Below, piece after piece: positions 1 through 10,164 of a DNA stretch of 64,000 nucleotides (position 1 is the first letter of the stretch; each line of letters begins with the position of its first letter). A program made the position numbers and the translations under genes. The notes under the pieces are model-generated. The model did not search any database, was not told where the DNA came from, and worked only from the letters and a program-made list of their open reading frames with translations. The stretch covers positions 23,213-87,212 of the IMG/VR virus record IMGVR_UViG_3300032086_003519. One strand, given 5' to 3'. The stretch is from a virus.

Positions 1-75
1 TGCTTTTTGAATTGAAAATCTAACGTAATCTGGTAAAGCTCCGCCGTCAGATATAAAAGTATTTACTATTTTCAT
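1..75 (-). CDS. 5' part of a CDS running off the window (MKIVNTFISDGGALPDYVRFSIQKA...), probably glycan-related
   Basis: ATG at 75-73, 2 nt after the stop of the upstream gene; frame open to the window edge. Confidence 0.6.
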   Translation of the reverse strand, partial: MKIVNTFISDGGALPDYVRFSIQKA

Positions 76-77
76 AT

Positions 78-797
78 TTAAGTCCAAGTGTGAATTGTGA
101 ACAGGTCTACATCAGTAGCACCTTCATACATGTTTATTGCAGCTCTAATTTCTTCATGTGACCATTGTTTGTATTGCCCATGAGTCTTTGTTTTAGTGTG
201 AGTGTGATTGTACATTTGAGGATGTGTTTTTGCTACATAGTTCCCATAGGTTTCAAACTCAGAGAACAAATATTCTTCGTTCACCAAAATTTCATTGAGA
301 TCATTTACAAACGTCTTCAGATCTGGTAGCATTTCTCGACACACATTTTTATCGAACAGCATAAAGTCATTTATGTAAGTATGATTGACTTGTCTACCAA
401 AGCCGAAGTAAATTTCCATTAAGCTAAAGTATGGGATATGGTGTTGATCCCTGTCGCTAATAAAGAAGTTTGGCTTACCTCCAGCAAAGACATCAATAGG
501 GCGATTGAAAATTAGATCAGAATCTATGCACATGTAAAGATCATTTCTAGTTACATCCTGAAAAGTCTTTATAAGTTGCTGATAGATCCAGTTAGGTCTA
601 GTGAATTTTACTTCGCTTATATCTAAGTCGATAACCTCTGAATCCGTTAGACATATAAAATCATCTGATACTGCATGGTCAGGCGTTACCAAAAATATGT
701 CGTGAGGCATTGGATTTAACCACTTCATTGACTCAAGACAGTAGTTGATTTTAGTATAATCTTTTGGGTGTGATAATATAATTGCGTCGTATTTCAT
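78..797 (-). CDS. glycosyltransferase-like protein (GT-A fold, DUF6492-like)
   Basis: NWIYQQLIK, IDSD (DxD) and FSEFETYGNY motifs; glycan cluster context. Confidence 0.6.
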   Translation of the reverse strand: MKYDAIILSHPKDYTKINYCLESMKWLNPMPHDIFLVTPDHAVSDDFICLTDSEVIDLDISEVKFTRPNWIYQQLIKTFQDVTRNDLYMCIDSDLIFNRPIDVFAGGKPNFFISDRDQHHIPYFSLMEIYFGFGRQVNHTYINDFMLFDKNVCREMLPDLKTFVNDLNEILVNEEYLFSEFETYGNYVAKTHPQMYNHTHTKTKTHGQYKQWSHEEIRAAINMYEGATDVDLFTIHTWT

Positions 798-1691
798 TTA
801 TATTCCTTGTAATATATCAAGCTCTTGATGCGGACAAACAATCTGTTCAAAGTCTATACTCTCAAGAGAAAGGCGTTTACCTTCCTCATATTCATCTCTT
901 AAGTCCAGCGCTACATAACTGTAGTTATCTCCATTCCTATTCTTTATTTGGTTTTGAACCCTATTGTTCGGAGAATTGACAACACAGCTATATTCAGGGC
1001 AAGCCATTAAAGCTGGAAGATCAAAGAAATACATTTGTAGCTTAGTCTCAAACTCATTCGGTGTTTGCTTCCACGCATATTTTGCTCTAGGTACTCCTAT
1101 GTTAGAGTAGTGTTTCTCCAATACGCAAAGTTCGGTGCAAAATCTTAATAGCCTGTCCTTCTGGAATATATGCGCATCAACAGAAAGTGGATATGCCCAG
1201 TATCCTCCTACAGGAATGGATGTTCTATTCCAGACTAACAGGTTCCCTAAAGATCCTACCTGCTCCGGCAAAGCATCTTGTCTCAAAACACCATCGCCAT
1301 AATCCCTCATGACCGTGTTTTTGCCTAACCTTAAAGATATGCAGGAAACTTGGCTTTCAAATGCCAGATCAATATCTTCTTCTGTCAGAGATAGTTCTCT
1401 GTAAACAATGTCATCATCGGTGAAAAAACAAACGTACTCGTCTAGCGAAGTATCAACAAGCTTTTTTATGTCGCTGAATATACTCGCAGACTGTCTAACA
1501 AAGTTGACATCCTGATGCTCTTTAATTAGAGTTTCATATGAATTTTCATGCTCCTTAGATGTAGTATACAAAACATCAATACGATGAATTGGATATCCGT
1601 ACTGTGTGCATGGTATGCGAGATTTTATACTATTTAGAGTTAGATCTAACTGAAGCGCTCTATCTTTGCTAAATACGATTGAGGTAAACAT
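798..1691 (-). CDS. GT2-like glycosyltransferase
   Basis: IVFSKDRALQL N-terminus, FFTDDD motif; start reassigned to ATG at 1691. Confidence 0.6.
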   Translation of the reverse strand: MFTSIVFSKDRALQLDLTLNSIKSRIPCTQYGYPIHRIDVLYTTSKEHENSYETLIKEHQDVNFVRQSASIFSDIKKLVDTSLDEYVCFFTDDDIVYRELSLTEEDIDLAFESQVSCISLRLGKNTVMRDYGDGVLRQDALPEQVGSLGNLLVWNRTSIPVGGYWAYPLSVDAHIFQKDRLLRFCTELCVLEKHYSNIGVPRAKYAWKQTPNEFETKLQMYFFDLPALMACPEYSCVVNSPNNRVQNQIKNRNGDNYSYVALDLRDEYEEGKRLSLESIDFEQIVCPHQELDILQGI

Positions 1692-2625
1692 CAAACTGCT
1701 CCCTGTTTTCATTGAACCAGTTTACCGTCATTTCTAGACCGTCTAGCAGATCGTACTTAGGCTCATAACCAAGTCTTTCTCTAGCTCGACCGATGTCTAG
1801 TTGTCTTCTAGGTTGTCCGTCTGGATAGTCTGAATTAAAGTATATAGCTCCATTGTACCCCATAACTTCTGCGATTGAATGAGCCAAGTATTTAATCTTT
1901 ATTTCTCCGCCTGTTCCAATATTGATCGGCTCTGGAGATACATCTGTTTCCAGTGCTAACCTAAACGCATCCGCACAATCATATACATGTAGGAACTCTC
2001 TACTAGCTTCTCCTGTGCCCCAAACCTCTACAGCGTCTAAGTCAAACTTCATTGCCTTGTAAAACTTAAGGATAAGCGCCGGTATGACATGACTAATAGC
2101 AGGGTCGAAGTTGTCTTCAGGCCCATACATGTTTACGGGAACCAAGTTGACAGCATTAAAATCATACTGTTGATTATAAGCTACCAACAGCTGAGATAAA
2201 GTCTTTTTTGCGATTCCATACGGTGCGTTGGTTTCTTCGGGAAATCCTTTCCAGATGTCTTCTTCTTTGAATGGGACTTCTGTGAATTTGGGGTACGCAC
2301 AAACAGTTCCAGCCATTACAAACTTGGAGACTTTGCTTAACCTTGATTGCTCGATAGTATTTAATCCCATTGCAAGATTATTATAAAAGAACAATCCGGG
2401 ATTTTGTCTGTTCGCTTCAATTCCTCCAACAGTAGCTGCGAGGTGGATCACCGCCTTCGGTTCAAACTTATCGAAGGCTAACTTTGTGTCTTCTGCGCTC
2501 GTCAGGTCGAAGGAACTTCCGATAGCATGGACATTCTCGTAGCCATTATCTTTAAGATTAGCGACAACCGCTTTACCAAGAAAGCCAGTACCGCCTGTGA
2601 CTAAAACCGATTCGTTTTTATACAT
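1669..2625 (-). CDS. fcl: GDP-L-fucose synthase / GDP-colitose synthase (Fcl/WcaG/ColC family)
   Basis: GGTGFLG Rossmann motif, HLAATVGGI, GTVCAYPK, YGIAK catalytic YxxxK, WGTGEASREFLHV, PDGQPRR. Confidence 0.9.
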   Translation of the reverse strand: MYKNESVLVTGGTGFLGKAVVANLKDNGYENVHAIGSSFDLTSAEDTKLAFDKFEPKAVIHLAATVGGIEANRQNPGLFFYNNLAMGLNTIEQSRLSKVSKFVMAGTVCAYPKFTEVPFKEEDIWKGFPEETNAPYGIAKKTLSQLLVAYNQQYDFNAVNLVPVNMYGPEDNFDPAISHVIPALILKFYKAMKFDLDAVEVWGTGEASREFLHVYDCADAFRLALETDVSPEPINIGTGGEIKIKYLAHSIAEVMGYNGAIYFNSDYPDGQPRRQLDIGRARERLGYEPKYDLLDGLEMTVNWFNENREQFDVYLNRI

Positions 2626-3661
2626 TTATTTGACTCCTAGTTTTATTCCAACCAGTTATTATATTCTCTGCTTCTTGTTCACATCCGAAGTATCTAAGTA
2701 TGTCAGCAATTCTATGGAAGTTAGTGTGTGTACTCAACAAAAACTCTTGACCCTGCTTTGCTAGCTGAGTTCTTTCGTCTTCGTTATTTAGATAATAGTC
2801 TATCTTGTCTCTAAAGTCTTGTGGGCTATCCGCAAAGACTACACCATTTCCATTGAATATTTTTGCAATAGATGTTACATTATCGGAGATACAAAAGCCT
2901 CCTGCACACAAAATCTTAAAACATCTCTCATTTATGTCGAAGCCATAATGGTGAGCATGAGGTTCACTAAGGTTCGGACAAACCTTCGCGGAGACAAAAA
3001 GGTCTTTTACTTTCGCATCTTGTATAACTCCACAATATTGATTAATGTGCCAAGGTTGATTCCCAAACACTTTAATATTATAATTATGAACAGGGAAACA
3101 CATCGGTGTTAGATATTGATCTATCACAACACCTTTATATGGCCAGTAGCCACCAACAAATCCAATATCACAGGCCAATGACTCATCATACTTGCCTCCA
3201 AGATATTCTTGCACATCACCGCACATAATTAGAGACTTAGCATCTATGCCTATCTCTGCATACTTTGAATGTGTTTGGTCAACAGCTTCTTGGTCGTAGT
3301 GAATATGCACAAAATCTGGTTTGCCAGTCTCTTCTTTTAGCTTGGCTAATAATTGTATTTCTTGTTCAGTAGCATAAAGAACATTGAACCTTTGGTCTTG
3401 TTCAAAGTCTCCCCAATCTCCAGCACGAAGACCTACCTTTAGGTGCGGTCTTTCATAAATGCACTTGATCAGATCTGACGTAAGATTATATGCTTGCCCT
3501 AAGAACATATCTGGCTCAAACAAATCGAACGCATCGAAAGCTGACATATTCTTGCAGTCCCAAAATTGTGCCCTGATACCTACAGCATTAAATGCTTTTA
3601 ACCAAGACATTCTTTGAAAATAGTGGGCGTGCATGCCATCACTAGATATTAAAATTTTCAT
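2618..3661 (-). CDS. glycosyltransferase, CgeB/Glyco_trans_1_2-like
   Basis: DIGFVGG, INERCFKILCAGGFCISD and C-terminal YYL..EDER...HT..HR pattern. Confidence 0.75.
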   Translation of the reverse strand: MKILISSDGMHAHYFQRMSWLKAFNAVGIRAQFWDCKNMSAFDAFDLFEPDMFLGQAYNLTSDLIKCIYERPHLKVGLRAGDWGDFEQDQRFNVLYATEQEIQLLAKLKEETGKPDFVHIHYDQEAVDQTHSKYAEIGIDAKSLIMCGDVQEYLGGKYDESLACDIGFVGGYWPYKGVVIDQYLTPMCFPVHNYNIKVFGNQPWHINQYCGVIQDAKVKDLFVSAKVCPNLSEPHAHHYGFDINERCFKILCAGGFCISDNVTSIAKIFNGNGVVFADSPQDFRDKIDYYLNNEDERTQLAKQGQEFLLSTHTNFHRIADILRYFGCEQEAENIITGWNKTRSQINV

Positions 3662-4349
3662 TCTTTAAGTCTTTCATACAATCTATTTCTAATACTGAAA
3701 TTTTATCTGGCTCAATAACTTTGATATTGCCGCCTTTACTTATTATAAGATTAAGCACCTCAAAAGTCAACATATTTCTTGTTTCTTCTGAATGTTTTAG
3801 GAATATCTGCCTCAATAATTTTAACTCTTTTCCGCACAAGTATACTATTTGACACCACTTTAAGTTCAAACCATGAGAGAAGATCGTCGCTTTATTTTTT
3901 ACTTGGGTGATTCCAACTTCTCTATCTTGCATCGTGCTTTGTGAAGCCAAAGCAAAAGATCTGCTGTAGTCTAAGTCTCTTATTGCTTCTTGTCCAAAAT
4001 ACAAATCTCCATGAAAGAAGAGTATGCTGTCAGAGTCTGAGTTATTTGTGATGAGTCGCATTGTTTCTGCAGAGCCTGTAGTTTCGTACAACTGGTTCTC
4101 GACATATCTCACACCAGAACTTAGTCTTTTGATAACCTTGTTCGCATCTACTCCAAGGCCAACCACAATCTCTGGTTCTGAGAAGACATTCCTAGCCGTA
4201 GAAATCTGATGTTCAAGCAGCATTTTATTGCCGATCTTCAGTAAAGATCGTGGCTCATTAGATTTAATTCTATTTCCTACGCCAGCAGAAAGTATGCCAA
4301 CAGTTGTAGTGATAGAATCTTTCCTAATTTTTTGAGTAAATCTGTTCAT
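3642..4349 (-). CDS. nucleotidyltransferase (LicC/NTP_transferase-like)
   Basis: ILSAGVGNR..EPRSLLKIG, FHGDL, EIDCMKDL. Confidence 0.75.
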   Translation of the reverse strand: MNRFTQKIRKDSITTTVGILSAGVGNRIKSNEPRSLLKIGNKMLLEHQISTARNVFSEPEIVVGLGVDANKVIKRLSSGVRYVENQLYETTGSAETMRLITNNSDSDSILFFHGDLYFGQEAIRDLDYSRSFALASQSTMQDREVGITQVKNKATIFSHGLNLKWCQIVYLCGKELKLLRQIFLKHSEETRNMLTFEVLNLIISKGGNIKVIEPDKISVLEIDCMKDLKNENFNI

Positions 4350-5160
4350 TACGCTTTCTTATCTTCTCGGCATTATTTTGAAATATCTCTGCTGTCATCT
4401 TCATTGATTGGTTCAGTCCTGTTTCTCTCACATAAGATAGAGGTTCTGGCAGATGAGAAATCATACAAACGTTTGATAATCTTAGCCATAGATCATAATC
4501 TTCTGTACAGCCTATGAAGCCTTGACTTCCGGGCCCATGAAGATCACTATCATAGAACTCTCTGTTCTCCAACATGATTTTCGACAGGTAGGATTTTTTA
4601 ATCAGTCCTGCGCTATGAACTATGCACTGCCGTTCTAGCTCAAACTTAGAGTATGGATACTTGTACTCGTATGTTTCATAATCGTTATAGCCATAAGACT
4701 TGTGAATCACATAATCTGAATATGTGACACCAATTTCTTCATGCTCCATTAGCTTTTCTACCTGCTTACTAACTTTACTAGGATGGTAAAGGTCATCGGC
4801 ATCAAGAATAGCAAAAACATCAGCCCAGTTCCAAGCTTCCCAAATCGCTACGTTTCTAGCGGTACTGGCACCTGAGTTAGTAATGTGATAGCACCACAAC
4901 CCCAAGTCGCTGCATTGGAACAACTTCATATCTCCAGTATAATATGCCTCACTAACAGGATGCGTATCGGTAATAGAAGATATGTCTTCCGATGCGTAAT
5001 TTAGAAGTTTATCATAAGAGCCATCAGGTGAGCCATCATCAACCACGTAAACACGTAGCTGACCTTTGTAGTCTTGCTCTAAAGCGCTCGCTATAGCATC
5101 TAAAACATAATCGCCATAATTATAGTTAGTAATTATAACAGCTACATTAGGCAGATTCAT
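4324..5160 (-). CDS. GT2 glycosyltransferase
   Basis: IITNYNY, VVDDGSPD, NSGASTARN, LDADD, EDYDLWLR. Confidence 0.9.
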   Translation of the reverse strand: MNLPNVAVIITNYNYGDYVLDAIASALEQDYKGQLRVYVVDDGSPDGSYDKLLNYASEDISSITDTHPVSEAYYTGDMKLFQCSDLGLWCYHITNSGASTARNVAIWEAWNWADVFAILDADDLYHPSKVSKQVEKLMEHEEIGVTYSDYVIHKSYGYNDYETYEYKYPYSKFELERQCIVHSAGLIKKSYLSKIMLENREFYDSDLHGPGSQGFIGCTEDYDLWLRLSNVCMISHLPEPLSYVRETGLNQSMKMTAEIFQNNAEKIRKRNEQIYSKN

Positions 5161-5986
5161 CTATAAAGTCCTCCCAAGAAATAATTGTATCTGGGTCTGA
5201 CGTATTCATACCTTCAACTTTTTCAACAAAGCTAAGAGTCATGTCTTCTCCTGTCTCTTTGTGTTGCAGCTTTCTACTGCCATCTAGAAACTTATATATA
5301 GCCGTTTGGAATATCATGCCATTCAAATCATCATACGGCTTGACTAATACAAGTCTCTTCATGTCTATGTTTATTCTGTCATTGATTTTCTCTAGAAGAT
5401 CACGTCTCACATTTTCTCCGCTAGTCGTAACATACGCCCAACCATTCTTAGCATGTCTAAAGGCTTCGTCCAATAGGAAGTCATTTTTACTATCAACTAA
5501 TGTCTGTACGATGTGGAATTCTGTTTTAATAAACCTGTTCAGTCGTATATCTTCTGCTGTGGTATTATTAAAAGTATTCCTTAACATCTCGTGTAACTGC
5601 TCATTATATTCAACTCTAGAATTAATCAGTGCCACATATCGAGCTTGACCGAAGGTCTGCTCTCTAATGTCTTTCAATGTTGCGCTAAGTCGATCAAGCA
5701 TGCCTTCCTCATTATCCAAGAAGACAAAAAAGCCAACTCTTGGAGAGACTTCGTGCATAACAGACTTTATCATATCTTGCCGTTCTTCATCAGATAAAAT
5801 GATCTCCCATTCTTTAGGTCTGTATGTATTGCAAAATCTATTAAAAGTATAGTGATGCTTATCTCCATCCAAAAGTAAATCATTTTTAGGGTTTAGCTTT
5901 TCAGCCCTATTTAACTTACATCCGGTCTGTGTGTTCTTTGTGTATTCTGCAAATACGCAGCCTTTACAACTAGTTTGAACTTGCAT
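5147..5986 (-). CDS. hypothetical protein, Cys-rich N-terminus (CxxC..C..FCN), possibly degenerate GT-A domain
   Basis: long ORF coupled to both neighbours. Confidence 0.5.
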   Translation of the reverse strand: MQVQTSCKGCVFAEYTKNTQTGCKLNRAEKLNPKNDLLLDGDKHHYTFNRFCNTYRPKEWEIILSDEERQDMIKSVMHEVSPRVGFFVFLDNEEGMLDRLSATLKDIREQTFGQARYVALINSRVEYNEQLHEMLRNTFNNTTAEDIRLNRFIKTEFHIVQTLVDSKNDFLLDEAFRHAKNGWAYVTTSGENVRRDLLEKINDRINIDMKRLVLVKPYDDLNGMIFQTAIYKFLDGSRKLQHKETGEDMTLSFVEKVEGMNTSDPDTIISWEDFIDESA

Positions 5987-6413
5987 TTGCGATCCTCCTT
6001 GATGTTATAATACTTTGCATTGTTTCATTGTCCAAAGTCTTCTCTTCTATTTTTAGATTGCTCTTCTTAATAATCTCGCTAATAGTTTCTGTGTTTAGTA
6101 CACAGCCAATTGAGGGAGAGTCTTCAAATAACAAAGAGTTCATATCAGACAAAGCCATTCCTGTTTTATTATATCTATACGCGAGCAAGTCGATGTCCTT
6201 CTGGTAGATGACTAGCTTCGAGTTTAATCTCATCTTTGAAACTATCTTGTCTAAGATGTAGCCTAGACTTTCAAAATTAAAAGCAGAAAGAAAGCTATCG
6301 ACAATTATTTCTGTAGCTTCGTTGTTATCTACAACAGCGTCTAAAGTAGAAAAGTCTTTTACCCATACGTGGCTTTTGCTTTGTGGGTCTGTGTGTGAAA
6401 GTATAATCTTCAT
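5970..6413 (-). CDS. hypothetical protein, possibly degenerate SAM-methyltransferase fold
   Basis: coupled ORF; weak similarity pattern only. Confidence 0.45.
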   Translation of the reverse strand: MKIILSHTDPQSKSHVWVKDFSTLDAVVDNNEATEIIVDSFLSAFNFESLGYILDKIVSKMRLNSKLVIYQKDIDLLAYRYNKTGMALSDMNSLLFEDSPSIGCVLNTETISEIIKKSNLKIEEKTLDNETMQSIITSRRIANASSN

Positions 6414-7432
6414 TACTTTTTATAATTCCTTATAACTTTGAAAAACAAGTCATTCCAGTTTTTAGTAAACCTGTCAAGACTATAATTATCTTTGATTGTA
6501 TTCCGTGCATTTTCTCCAAGCCTTCTAGCTTCTTGAGGATTGTCAAGAAGAAATTGACAAGATGCGCGTAGCTCATCTGCGGTATCCGCAAGTAACCCGT
6601 TCTCACCGTGCTGGATTATTTCTGGAATCATACAGTTATTAGTGCTGACGATTGCGCAGCCACAAGCCATTGCTTCCATCAACACTGTTGGTACAGGTGA
6701 ATGTATAGATGTGTTTAGAAATATTGACGAGCTTTTGTAGGCATCTCTCAAATCTTCTATACTATCAGCAGGTTCGGAGAAGCCGGGACTATTTCCTAAA
6801 ACCTTAACTGGTAAAGTGCCTTCGTTAGTCTTAATTATTTCATTCCACAAGTTCCAGCCACAACACCAATCTCTGTTAGGCCATTCATTTACAACTGAGA
6901 GCAAAACGTTTTCACGTTCTAACTCTTCGCCTGTTTGCCAGAAGTCGTAGTCCATACCATGCTCGATAAAGCCGGTAGTTCTTTCTTGCTTTTTGCCCCA
7001 AGCTTTCATATTGTAATCAGAAATAAAACTGTCGTGATCGACAGTAATAGAATTGAAACCCTCAACCTGTTGCTGAACATCAAATCTAATGTCCGGCAGT
7101 ACATGCGTATGCCTAATGATTGGGATGTTATACATTGCTTGTAAGTTCTTGGCAAATTGCAGTCTTTCGCAACTCGTGTGAGAAAGTATCAAGTCGAATT
7201 GTATGTGCCAAGGTATAATCTTTATCTCTTGGTAGTTTTCTGGTATTTCACCGTAGTCTTCATTCCATAACTTACCTTGAGCTATGGAATAAAAGTTGTG
7301 ACCAGTGCGACACAAATTCTGCTCGTATCTTTCGTGAGTACAAAAGGTTAATATATTTAATTTATCTGTATCTTTCATAGTGGCACGGCGCACTATGGAT
7401 TTTATAGAAACTTGATTTGGCTGACTAGCCAT
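6413..7432 (-). CDS. GT4 glycosyltransferase
   Basis: PTVLMEAMACGCAIVST, EIIQHGENGLL. Confidence 0.9.
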   Translation of the reverse strand: MASQPNQVSIKSIVRRATMKDTDKLNILTFCTHERYEQNLCRTGHNFYSIAQGKLWNEDYGEIPENYQEIKIIPWHIQFDLILSHTSCERLQFAKNLQAMYNIPIIRHTHVLPDIRFDVQQQVEGFNSITVDHDSFISDYNMKAWGKKQERTTGFIEHGMDYDFWQTGEELERENVLLSVVNEWPNRDWCCGWNLWNEIIKTNEGTLPVKVLGNSPGFSEPADSIEDLRDAYKSSSIFLNTSIHSPVPTVLMEAMACGCAIVSTNNCMIPEIIQHGENGLLADTADELRASCQFLLDNPQEARRLGENARNTIKDNYSLDRFTKNWNDLFFKVIRNYKK

Positions 7433-8531
7433 AAAGCAACTCCTTTAATTGTACTCCAACGTTTGCATTACTATAATTCTGTGCCTTTAGTTGCGCATCT
7501 GCACAAATTAAATCATATTTTTTTCTATCATTTTTGTATGTTTCATATGCAACCCTCATTGCAGATGCCAGATGTTCTATGTTTGGCTCCATCCATTTGG
7601 TATGGGAAGTATACATATAATCCAAAGAATCAGTGGCATTGTAGCAGTTCTTAGCTTCGGAATCCACTTTCCATCCATGACAGAAATCATCCATTCCTGT
7701 ATTGCCAGTGTAGATGACAGGCATACCAATCGCCATAGATTCGAGTGCCGGTATGCACCAAGCCTCACCAAAGCTAGGCATTACAAAACAGTGACACTTC
7801 GCCATTAAAGACAATAAGTGTCTATCTTCTAGATGTCCAGCAATAGCAATTTCTTTCCTGTAATTGGAGCGTATCTTTAGTCTAGACTTGACAGAATCAG
7901 ACAGATTCTTAAATGCTTCAAGTGTAGCGTCGTTAGAAAATCCAGACTTGTTTATTTTCAACATTAAGTTCACGGGTTCTGAAGGATGAAACTCTGTATG
8001 GAAGGCTCTGAGCAAACCTTCAATATTTTTTCTGTTTATCATCTCTCCAACAAAACAGAAGTTAAAGCAACCCTCAAACTCAGTTGCATCAGCACAGTCT
8101 TCTATATTGCTATACTTTGTCAAGTCAAGTGAGTGAGGAGCAATCTTGATAGGTGCTTTAACACCGCTTTTGTGACAGGCTTCGACCATTTGTTGGTTTG
8201 GAACCCACACTTCATCCATCATGTTGATATGCTTCTGCCACATTGTCTCTGTAAAAGTCACAGTTTCGGTGACGAAGAATCCAATGTTTTTGATTTTAGC
8301 ATTATAACTATAAAGAGGCGGTAATGTGTGATAAATGCAGGCATCACAATCTGATTCGCTCTTAGCTTCTAACTTTGTAATCGTAGGGTGGATGTCGGCA
8401 TGAGAGTTGTTGAATGTTATAGCTCTTGGCACTACATCTACTCCAGCAGAGTGCAAGGCTAAAATATTATTTAGTGAAGCGTAACCCCAGCCAGTTCTAT
8501 CTTTATAATTACCTATGTAGAGTGTTTTCAT
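7425..8531 (-). CDS. GT4 glycosyltransferase
   Basis: RKNIEGLLRAF, PSFGEAWCIPALESMAIGMPVI. Confidence 0.9.
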   Translation of the reverse strand: MKTLYIGNYKDRTGWGYASLNNILALHSAGVDVVPRAITFNNSHADIHPTITKLEAKSESDCDACIYHTLPPLYSYNAKIKNIGFFVTETVTFTETMWQKHINMMDEVWVPNQQMVEACHKSGVKAPIKIAPHSLDLTKYSNIEDCADATEFEGCFNFCFVGEMINRKNIEGLLRAFHTEFHPSEPVNLMLKINKSGFSNDATLEAFKNLSDSVKSRLKIRSNYRKEIAIAGHLEDRHLLSLMAKCHCFVMPSFGEAWCIPALESMAIGMPVIYTGNTGMDDFCHGWKVDSEAKNCYNATDSLDYMYTSHTKWMEPNIEHLASAMRVAYETYKNDRKKYDLICADAQLKAQNYSNANVGVQLKELLYG

Positions 8532-10164
8532 TTTGCAACCTTTGTATTCTAATGTTTTCCCATTGGTTATGAATATTCCTCATCTTTGCCATGTAGTCAT
8601 ACGCCTGTTTTATGTCAAATGGAGTCCAAGATCTAATATCTCCATCAGTGTGTGACTCATTGAAGTAGAAATCTACGTTAGTATTCGCGACAGTACACTT
8701 ATACATTAAATCTTTTAGTGTTCTCTTCCACTGGTGGTTTCCTATCCAGTCAGGCTTTCTTAAAACAGAGTCAAATAAGAAATTAACTTGGTCTTTAACT
8801 GTCAACCCGTCTGGTATCTCAGGAGCAGGCTCAAAGAGTCTTGGAGGCGAGTACCAAGTTTCTGACGGGTCTTTTACTGGTGTTGCGTCAAAGTAGTTCG
8901 CCCAGATTTCAGCCGTCTTATCCCAGTTGTATCTGCTTAAAGTTTTTTGCCTCATGCCAAAACCTAGCTGCTTTAGTTGCTCTCTGCGCATACTGTAAAG
9001 TTCAACAAACTTCAAGAAGGCAAAATTGACATCAGGAACTGCTCTTTTGCATCCTGTCTCACATTCAGTCTGTAGTGTTAGAACAGGTATCTTAATTGCT
9101 CCGATATTGTCACCCACAGAATCCATAGCAGAATACGATACTGTCATGACAGGAAGACCAGATTGGCTCGCTTCTAGCTGAGGCATGCCAAAACCTTCAC
9201 TGTTTGCATACTGCACATAAACATCAAAAAGATTGTATATCTTAGCTAGGTCTTCTTCTTCGATTTTATTGTTGACTCCTACTAGCTCGCTCTTAAACGA
9301 GTTGCAAGCTCGACAATGGTTGAAAGTATCCTTATAGAACGAAGGTTCGATGTGACCGCATTGCTTACATTTGTAGGTAAACAAAACCCTGTTTGTTAGG
9401 TCGTATTCCTGTAGCAGATCTGGAATCTCCCATCCAACATCAGGATAATATGTATGGCAATACAGGAAGGCGTTGCTAGCTTTAGTAGTATCTAAGAATT
9501 CTCTAAATGCACGAAATAGGTCTGGGTAAAGTTTGCGCCTTTGGTTACGCATCACAGTCCCAATTATGAATGAGTCTGCTGTCAGTCCAGCACTTTCTTT
9601 ATGCCTTTCTTTATTTTGTACAGGTGCAAAACTATTACTAGCACAGGGAGAAGCTACATCTACGAAGTTGAGATTCTTACACTGACCCAGCAAAACATCT
9701 CGACCAAACTCAGAATATGCAAACACTGCGTCTGCGGAAGCGAACGTATCCATCCACTGTTTGTTCTGAGGAAACGCATCTACAGTTGGCATGATAGCCC
9801 AGTTGTAGAACTCTCTATAGGTCGATCTTTGTTGAAACTCAAACATCCACCAATCACGAATATCCATAACAAAGTCAGGCTTGAAGTCTAGTAACACATG
9901 ATTGAATGTGTATTCTCCAAATTCGTAAGTCGGTGAAGACTTATACTCACTCCACTCAGGAGAGTTTTTCTCTGGCTGGTTTCCATAGATCTTCCAACCT
10001 TTGGCATTTTGCTTTACTGAATTGTCAGTAGCATAGCAAGCTAGCTCAGCCACTTCAAAGCGAGGATCTAAGTGCAATCTAGATAGTAGCTCTTTTGTGT
10101 AAACAGAATATCCTGTTGGTAGGTAATGAGCTTCGGTACAAAAAAGTATTTTCTTAGGTCTCAT
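8509..10164 (-). CDS. GT4 glycosyltransferase with inserted CxxC-CxxC zinc ribbon
   Basis: MRNQRRK, EGFGMPQLEA; CKQC...CRAC insert; start reassigned to MRPKKILF. Confidence 0.85.
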   Translation of the reverse strand: MRPKKILFCTEAHYLPTGYSVYTKELLSRLHLDPRFEVAELACYATDNSVKQNAKGWKIYGNQPEKNSPEWSEYKSSPTYEFGEYTFNHVLLDFKPDFVMDIRDWWMFEFQQRSTYREFYNWAIMPTVDAFPQNKQWMDTFASADAVFAYSEFGRDVLLGQCKNLNFVDVASPCASNSFAPVQNKERHKESAGLTADSFIIGTVMRNQRRKLYPDLFRAFREFLDTTKASNAFLYCHTYYPDVGWEIPDLLQEYDLTNRVLFTYKCKQCGHIEPSFYKDTFNHCRACNSFKSELVGVNNKIEEEDLAKIYNLFDVYVQYANSEGFGMPQLEASQSGLPVMTVSYSAMDSVGDNIGAIKIPVLTLQTECETGCKRAVPDVNFAFLKFVELYSMRREQLKQLGFGMRQKTLSRYNWDKTAEIWANYFDATPVKDPSETWYSPPRLFEPAPEIPDGLTVKDQVNFLFDSVLRKPDWIGNHQWKRTLKDLMYKCTVANTNVDFYFNESHTDGDIRSWTPFDIKQAYDYMAKMRNIHNQWENIRIQRLQNENTLHR

